DNA of 64,000 bases from the human T2T-CHM13v2.0 reference genome, Homo sapiens, in NCBI RefSeq assembly GCF_009914755.1, contig NC_060932.1. One strand, given 5' to 3'. Below are positions 57,528-64,000 of the stretch, piece by piece. Position 1 is the first letter of the stretch; each line of letters starts with the position of its first letter. The position numbers were made by a program, and so were the translations under genes. The notes under the pieces were generated by a model that was given only the letters and a program-made list of their open reading frames with translations, was not told the origin of the DNA and ran no database searches.

Positions 57528-58139
57528 CTTAAACATGGAACTCAACTATATGAGATTTTGTTTGCTCAAAAAAGAACCTATGAACCTATGAGTGAGCTTT
57601 TAAGGAACAACAACAACAAAGTAAAGTAAAAGAAAAAATCTATATAAAAGCAAATCCAGCTCCAGGAGATTTAAATCAGACTTTTTTCTCCAGGAATACA
57701 TTTTTCATTATGTTTCCCTGAGGCATCTGGGGGAGGGAAGCTGTCCAGTGAAGTCAGTGGATGCTTCTTTGGGCTTCCTTTTCACTTCTCAGTTCTCTAC
57801 AATGCTAAACACCAAGGGCTGGGACCCCTATGGACAACCAGTAGGCATAGGGTATTGACTATTAAAACACTTAAAACAACTGTCCTGAAGGAAGCACTGT
57901 AGATGTTGTTCAAGTTAAGGAAATCTAATTTAAAAATATATGCAGTTGTGAAACATTAATTTATACACATCTCTAGCTTAGCAAAAGCATGACATTAACG
58001 ATAGGCAAGAGCTGTGGGAGCTCTGGCTTTGAAGGTCTGTGGTCAGAATGGACTACAACTTCTACAACTGCCCCCGTGTGTGATACAGTTCCAATTAATC
58101 AAAATTCAATTAACAAGAACTTACCTCTTTACTTCTTTG

Positions 58140-58366
58140 AAGGAAGGGAAGAAAGAAGGGGTGAGAGGGAGAGGGAGAGAGAGAGAGGAGAGAGGCAGAG
58201 AAGAAGGGAGAGAAGAAGGAAGGAATGGAAGGGGGAAGGGACGAGGGGGTAGGATGGAAAGGGGGAGGAATGGGGCAGAGAGGGGAGCAGGGAGAGGGAG
58301 GGAGAGGAAGAGGGGGAGAAGGAGACAGGGAGAGAGGGAGAGAGAGAGAGAACGAACAAGAAAAAA
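58140..58366. repeat. GA-rich polypurine/polypyrimidine low-complexity tract
   Basis: ~225 bp almost only G/A, with several G3-G6 runs. Confidence 0.9.
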
Positions 58367-58584
58367 ACCTGGATTTCCCCCCAAGACTCGACTTTCAGGC
58401 AATGCTCCTAGTAATATTCCAGGCAGTCAATGCCACTTTCTCCAGCTATACTTTTGGTCAAGTTGATATTCCTTTATCCCAAGCTATTGTAAGATCCTAA
58501 ACAATCAAATAGTAAATTTTGCTCATCATGATTCAATAAAAGGGAAAATGAATTAAAACCCTTAAATTAAAATCTAAACATCTG

Positions 58585-58888
<304 letters not shown>

Positions 58889-59056
58889 TCTAAACATTCT
58901 AATCCTGAGCTATAATAGTTAACTGAAGGTTTAGGTGATATAAAGAACTAGGTATAGCAGACATCTAACAGAGACAGAACTGGTTTTAGAATCTCATTGC
59001 AAAATGACTACTAGAAACATCACTGATTACTCTTTATCTCATTACCCAGTTTTATT

Positions 59057-59226
59057 GTCTTCATAGCATCTAAAGCTATGAGAACTTATGTACACACATA
59101 TACATATATGTATGCATATGTATGTATATATGTATATATACATATATGTATATACATACCTATGTATTATGTATATATGCATATGTATATGTGTGTACAT
59201 AAGTTAGCTTTAGATGCTATGAAGAC
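59057..59226. repeat. Inverted repeat with ~46-bp arms around a TATATG-type tract; TA-rich tract continues to ~59398
   Basis: gtcttcatagcatctaaagct(atgag)aacttatgtacacacatatacatat versus its reverse complement ending ...tagatgctatgaagac. Confidence 0.9.
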
Positions 59227-60452
59227 TATGTATATATACATATATAGTATATAGTATATATAGTATATGTATATGTATATATGTATATACACATGTATAT
59301 AGTATATATAGTATATGTATATATGTATATATATGTATATATAAATATATATTGTATATATGTATATATGTGTATATATATATGTATATGTGTGTGTATT
59401 TTCTGGCTCCCCTCACTAGAATATAAGCATCCTGAGAGCAGGCATCTCTACTTTTCATTCATTGTCATACCTTTAAGTCTTAGATCATTGCCTAGCACAC
59501 AGTAGGAGGAGCATTTCACCAACATTTGTTAATGAATAAATAAGAAAACTATAAAAAGTGAGAAAACATGTTGAAATGTCACACTGGGACTTGTGAGAGT
59601 CTAGAAGCATTGTGACCTTTACTCCAGAAAAACATCACATGTGAGTTGTATGAAGTAATAGAAGCCAGCTACCAAGGAAAAGATGAATAGGTAAGAAGTA
59701 AACATTTCTTTGAACAGAAAATAAATTAACTTATTCAGGTATAACACATATAAAAGCAGATAGCTGTCATAAAAATAAATATAGTTTTCCCAAGTCAAAG
59801 TTTAGAAAACATTTGCAATTTATATTATGAACTCTTCATTTAAGCTAGAATTATGTTACATACTTATTATATTATTGCTAAGCAAATTCACGCTGAAATC
59901 TCAGATATTAAAAAATTCAGCAGCATATATCTTAAGTTACCTATAAAGGATGACTTTTATAAAAACTCACCTGAAGTTTTAATCAATATTTATTAATACT
60001 AACTCTGATTTTAATAAAAAGATTTCTATTATTTCAGGTTATTTTGTAGCAAACATTAGCAATGAGTGTTAAATCTAAGCTCTACTGGAAAAAGTTGGTC
60101 TAAAATAATGAAAACCCAATATAATTAGCTATCTTCTCTTTGCCTTTCCTCTTGATTTTCAAAAACCAACAGTCTATTGTAAGCAAATAAAAATAACCGA
60201 GGTCATCAGGACAAAGAAACATAAGCAGAAAGATTCGTTTTACATGTTTTAAAAATATTTCTTAACTAATCATGTCCATTCATATATTCAACAAATACTC
60301 AGCACCTATTATAATATTCTGAGCACGTTGCTAGTGATTAAAGAAGTTATCAGACAGATTCATATTTAAAGAGATAAAAACCAAAAAGATCTCTTGAACT
60401 TCCAGTAAATGTGAAATATAACAAAATTTTTCAAAACGACTTTTCAACTTAC

Positions 60453-61127
60453 ATTTTGTTCCTCTGGTTCTAATTTGGGGATTTTGTGTGACTTGCGCTC
60501 TTCAGATCTTGATGAGTCATGCTTGTTGCTTTTTTTCCTCTTTTCTTTTCTGCTTTCATGCTTTGATTTCGTGTGCTCACTTGCCTGTACTTCATTTAAA
60601 AGGTCTCCACAAAGGGAAGACTCAAACAATTCCCTGCCATTCTGGATAGTTTTGGTTATTTTTAGTTTAATTTCAGGTGAGCCAGTCTTCTTTGGAATCA
60701 CAGTTTGTGGTACCGAAGGAGGAGGTGGTGGCTGTGGAGGGGAAGGTTTTTCCAGAATTTCATGTGGTCTTGTGTTTGGAATTTCTGAATGATAATAGTC
60801 AGTGGGGCTAAAGTTTCTAACTGCACCAAAGCCATTGGCTGACCCATTAGGATACTGATTATATGACTGGTATTTGGTTTGAGTTTCATACACACTGATT
60901 GATGATGGATACCCATTTGTGAGTGGAGGAAGATCTTCTGTTGTAGCTGGGTACTGAAAGCCTTGCTGCAAAGTAGCTTCATATGGTGTCTGGCCACCAT
61001 CTTCAGCAATGTCACTGTTGTTATCAAAGGCATCCTCCTGACGGATGTTGGCGGAGTCAATGAGTTGAGGTGGTTGCTGAATTGTGTTTCCCATGATCCC
61101 TTGCATGAAAGAGAAAGAGAAATCCAT
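60453..61127 (-). CDS. NSD3: NSD3 exon 2 coding part (aa 1-225; acidic N-terminus, PEIKLKITKT BET-ET-binding motif); exon starts at 61171 with 44 nt of 5' UTR
   Basis: ORF MDFSFSFMQGIMGNTIQQPPQLID...KLEPEEQN; acceptor ttttag|G at 61172/61171; donor AAT|gtaagt at 60453/60452; 675 nt. Confidence 0.97.
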
Positions 61128-61166
61128 TGTTCTGCTCCAGCATCCTTAACTTTCCCTTTCTCTCAT
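61057..61166 (-). promoter_or_regulatory. Two upstream AUGs in exon 2: 6-codon uORF (61166-61146) and 28-codon out-of-frame overlapping uORF (61143-61057)
   Basis: Sense text GCCCG ATG AGA GAA AGG GAA AGT TAA GG ATG CTG GAG CAG AAC A ATG G. Confidence 0.6.
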
Positions 61167-61546
61167 CGGGCCTAAAATTATAAAAGAGGGGATTAGAAGG
61201 TGTTACTATTCTCATAGGCTAGAGGCTAATCAACTGAAAAAGGATTAAACTAAAATGTTTTGAACTCAATTTTCATATCCAGATATGCATAGACATTAAA
61301 TATTTCTAAAACAGATAACTGATATAATTCTGACACAGGGCAAATACCTTTTATCTTCAATGCTTATCTGTTTGAAACTCCTGATTACTTTCACAACAAC
61401 TGTGGCAACAAGATTTTATCATCACCACCAACACACGAAATAGTTTTGACATTCCTTTTTATTTCCCAAGTTAGAGATCGTCTCAGGTTAAAACTGGTGT
61501 TTGCAAAATAAGCAGTGTCCTGACACATATCAATCTGCTTCCATAA

Positions 61547-62439
<893 letters not shown>

Positions 62440-62599
62440 TGAAACATTCTCTAAACTCTGTTTTTGTGCACATATATATTTCTATAGGACAGATTTGAAA
62501 TTTTGAGATACTGTAAAATTGTTCTATAGGTTATACTATGTCAATGAACTCTCATACCAATAGTGTGTGCTTCTCTATAGTTGCCAGTATCTACTTATT

Positions 62600-62618
62600 T
62601 TTTTATTGTAATTTCTTT

Positions 62619-62662
<44 letters not shown>

Positions 62663-63524
62663 TATACTTTAAGTTCTAGGGTACATGTGCACAATGTGCA
62701 GGTTTGTTACATATGCATACATGTGCCATGTTGGTGTGCTGCACCTATTAACTCGTCATTTACATTAGGTATATCTCCTAATGCTATCCCTCCCCCCTTT
62801 CCCCACCCCACAACAGGCCCCAGTGTGTGACATTCCCCTTCCTGTGTCCAAGTGTTCTCACTGTTCAATTCCCACCTATGAGTGAGAACATACAGTGTTT
62901 GGTTTTTTGTCCTTGCAATAGTTTGCTGAGAATGATGGTTTCCAGCTTCATCCATGTCCCTACAAAGGACATGAACTTATCATTTTTTATGGCTGCATAG
63001 TATTCCATGGTGTATATGTGCCACATTTTCTTAATCCAATCTATCATTGTTGGACATTCGGGTTGGTTCCAAGTCTTTGCTATTGTGAGTACTGCCGCGA
63101 TAAACATATGTGTGCGTGTGTCTTTATAGCAGCATCATTTATATTCCTTTGGGTATATACCCAGTAATGGGATGCCTGGGTCAAATGGTATTTCTAGTTC
63201 TAGATCCCTGAGGAATCGCCACACTGTCTTCCACAATGGTTGAACTAGTTTGCAGTCCCACCAACAGTGTAAAAGTGTTCCTATTTCTCCACACCCTCTC
63301 CAGCACCTGTTGTTTCCTGACTTTTTAATGATTGTCATTCTAACTGGTGTGAGATGATATCTCATTGTAGTTTTGATTTGCATTTGTCTGATGGCCAGTG
63401 AAGATGAGCATTTTTTCGTGTGTCTGTTGGCTGCATAAATGTCTTCTTTTGAGACGTATCTGTTCATATCCTTCGCCCACTTTTTGATGGGGTTGTTTTT
63501 TTCTTGTAAATATGTTTGACTTTT
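62600..63524 (-). mobile_element. 5'-truncated primate L1PA (ORF2 C-terminus and 3' UTR) with (TA)n in the tail
   Basis: ORFs [14 protein letters not shown]...[26 protein letters not shown]; ~20-bp flanking repeat ttgccagtatctacttatttt at 62581 and 63525. Confidence 0.93.
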
Positions 63525-63935
63525 TTGCCAGTATCTACTTATTTTTAACAAGTGGTATATATAGCAGAAGCATCTGGAGTACTTTTACAAAATGTACGTG
63601 GCAGGGTCTGCCTCCTGAAGATTCTAATTGAATAAATCTGGGGTGGGGTCCTGGGCATAAGTTTTTTAAGACTATATCCCCGGTAACTTTGATGCATATT
63701 CTTGGTTAGATCATTGCATTATAATCTTTCAATTATTGCACCTCCTCCAGTAGGTGTCCGAAGATGCCTACATTATGTAATAACGTTACAATATAGATAA
63801 GTATCTGTTAGAAAATGCTACAAGACCACCCTGCCTTGTCATAAGGTTTGACACGTGCACATCACAGAATAGAAGATTAATGGACAATCCATATAATATT
63901 TTGATAATCCAACAAACATTTCTTCTAGAAAGTTC

Positions 63936-64000
63936 TTTTTTTTTTTTTTTTGAGATGGAGTCTTGCTCTGTCGCCCAGGTTGGAGTACAGTGGTGCAATC
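63936..64000 (-). mobile_element. Alu 3' end, cut by the window edge
   Basis: Poly-T then gagatggagtcttgctctgtcgccc. Confidence 0.85.

Noticed and set aside
57989-58500. Overlapping Arg/Glu/Gly- or Leu/Pro/Ser-rich ORFs
   Set aside because: Artefacts of a stop-poor GA low-complexity tract.
62707-63551. L1 ORF2-like ORFs as active coding sequence
   Set aside because: Under 1 kb, 5'-truncated and split across frames; inactive copy.

Overview
Human-like, Alu-rich genomic DNA with most of the NSD3 (WHSC1L1) H3K36 methyltransferase gene on the minus strand. It runs from the AUG-containing exon 2 (61171-60453) to exon 19 (AWS/start of SET, 1711-1442); exon 1 and the remaining SET exons lie outside the window. 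The 18 long-isoform exons were placed by reading splice signals by eye and join into one open frame (c.1-3501). Exon numbering is from recall. Main observation: intron 9 holds a ~2.14 kb hAT (Ac/ZBED-like) DNA transposon fossil on the + strand (29417-31558). It has 17-bp TAGGGATG TIRs, a degenerate 8-bp TSD and decayed BED-finger, DDE and dimerisation motifs. Its antisense strand supplies the acceptor, unique C-terminal codons, stop and 3' UTR of the non-catalytic NSD3-short isoform, with an AATAAA formed at the TIR/TSD junction. Other points: a cassette exon inside PHD4, a GC-AG intron, a duplicated exon 18 donor, a 103-bp tandem repeat of the exon 4 acceptor region, uORFs, a young AluYb8 and a long palindrome. 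Repeat boundaries and subfamilies are by eye; no database search was run.
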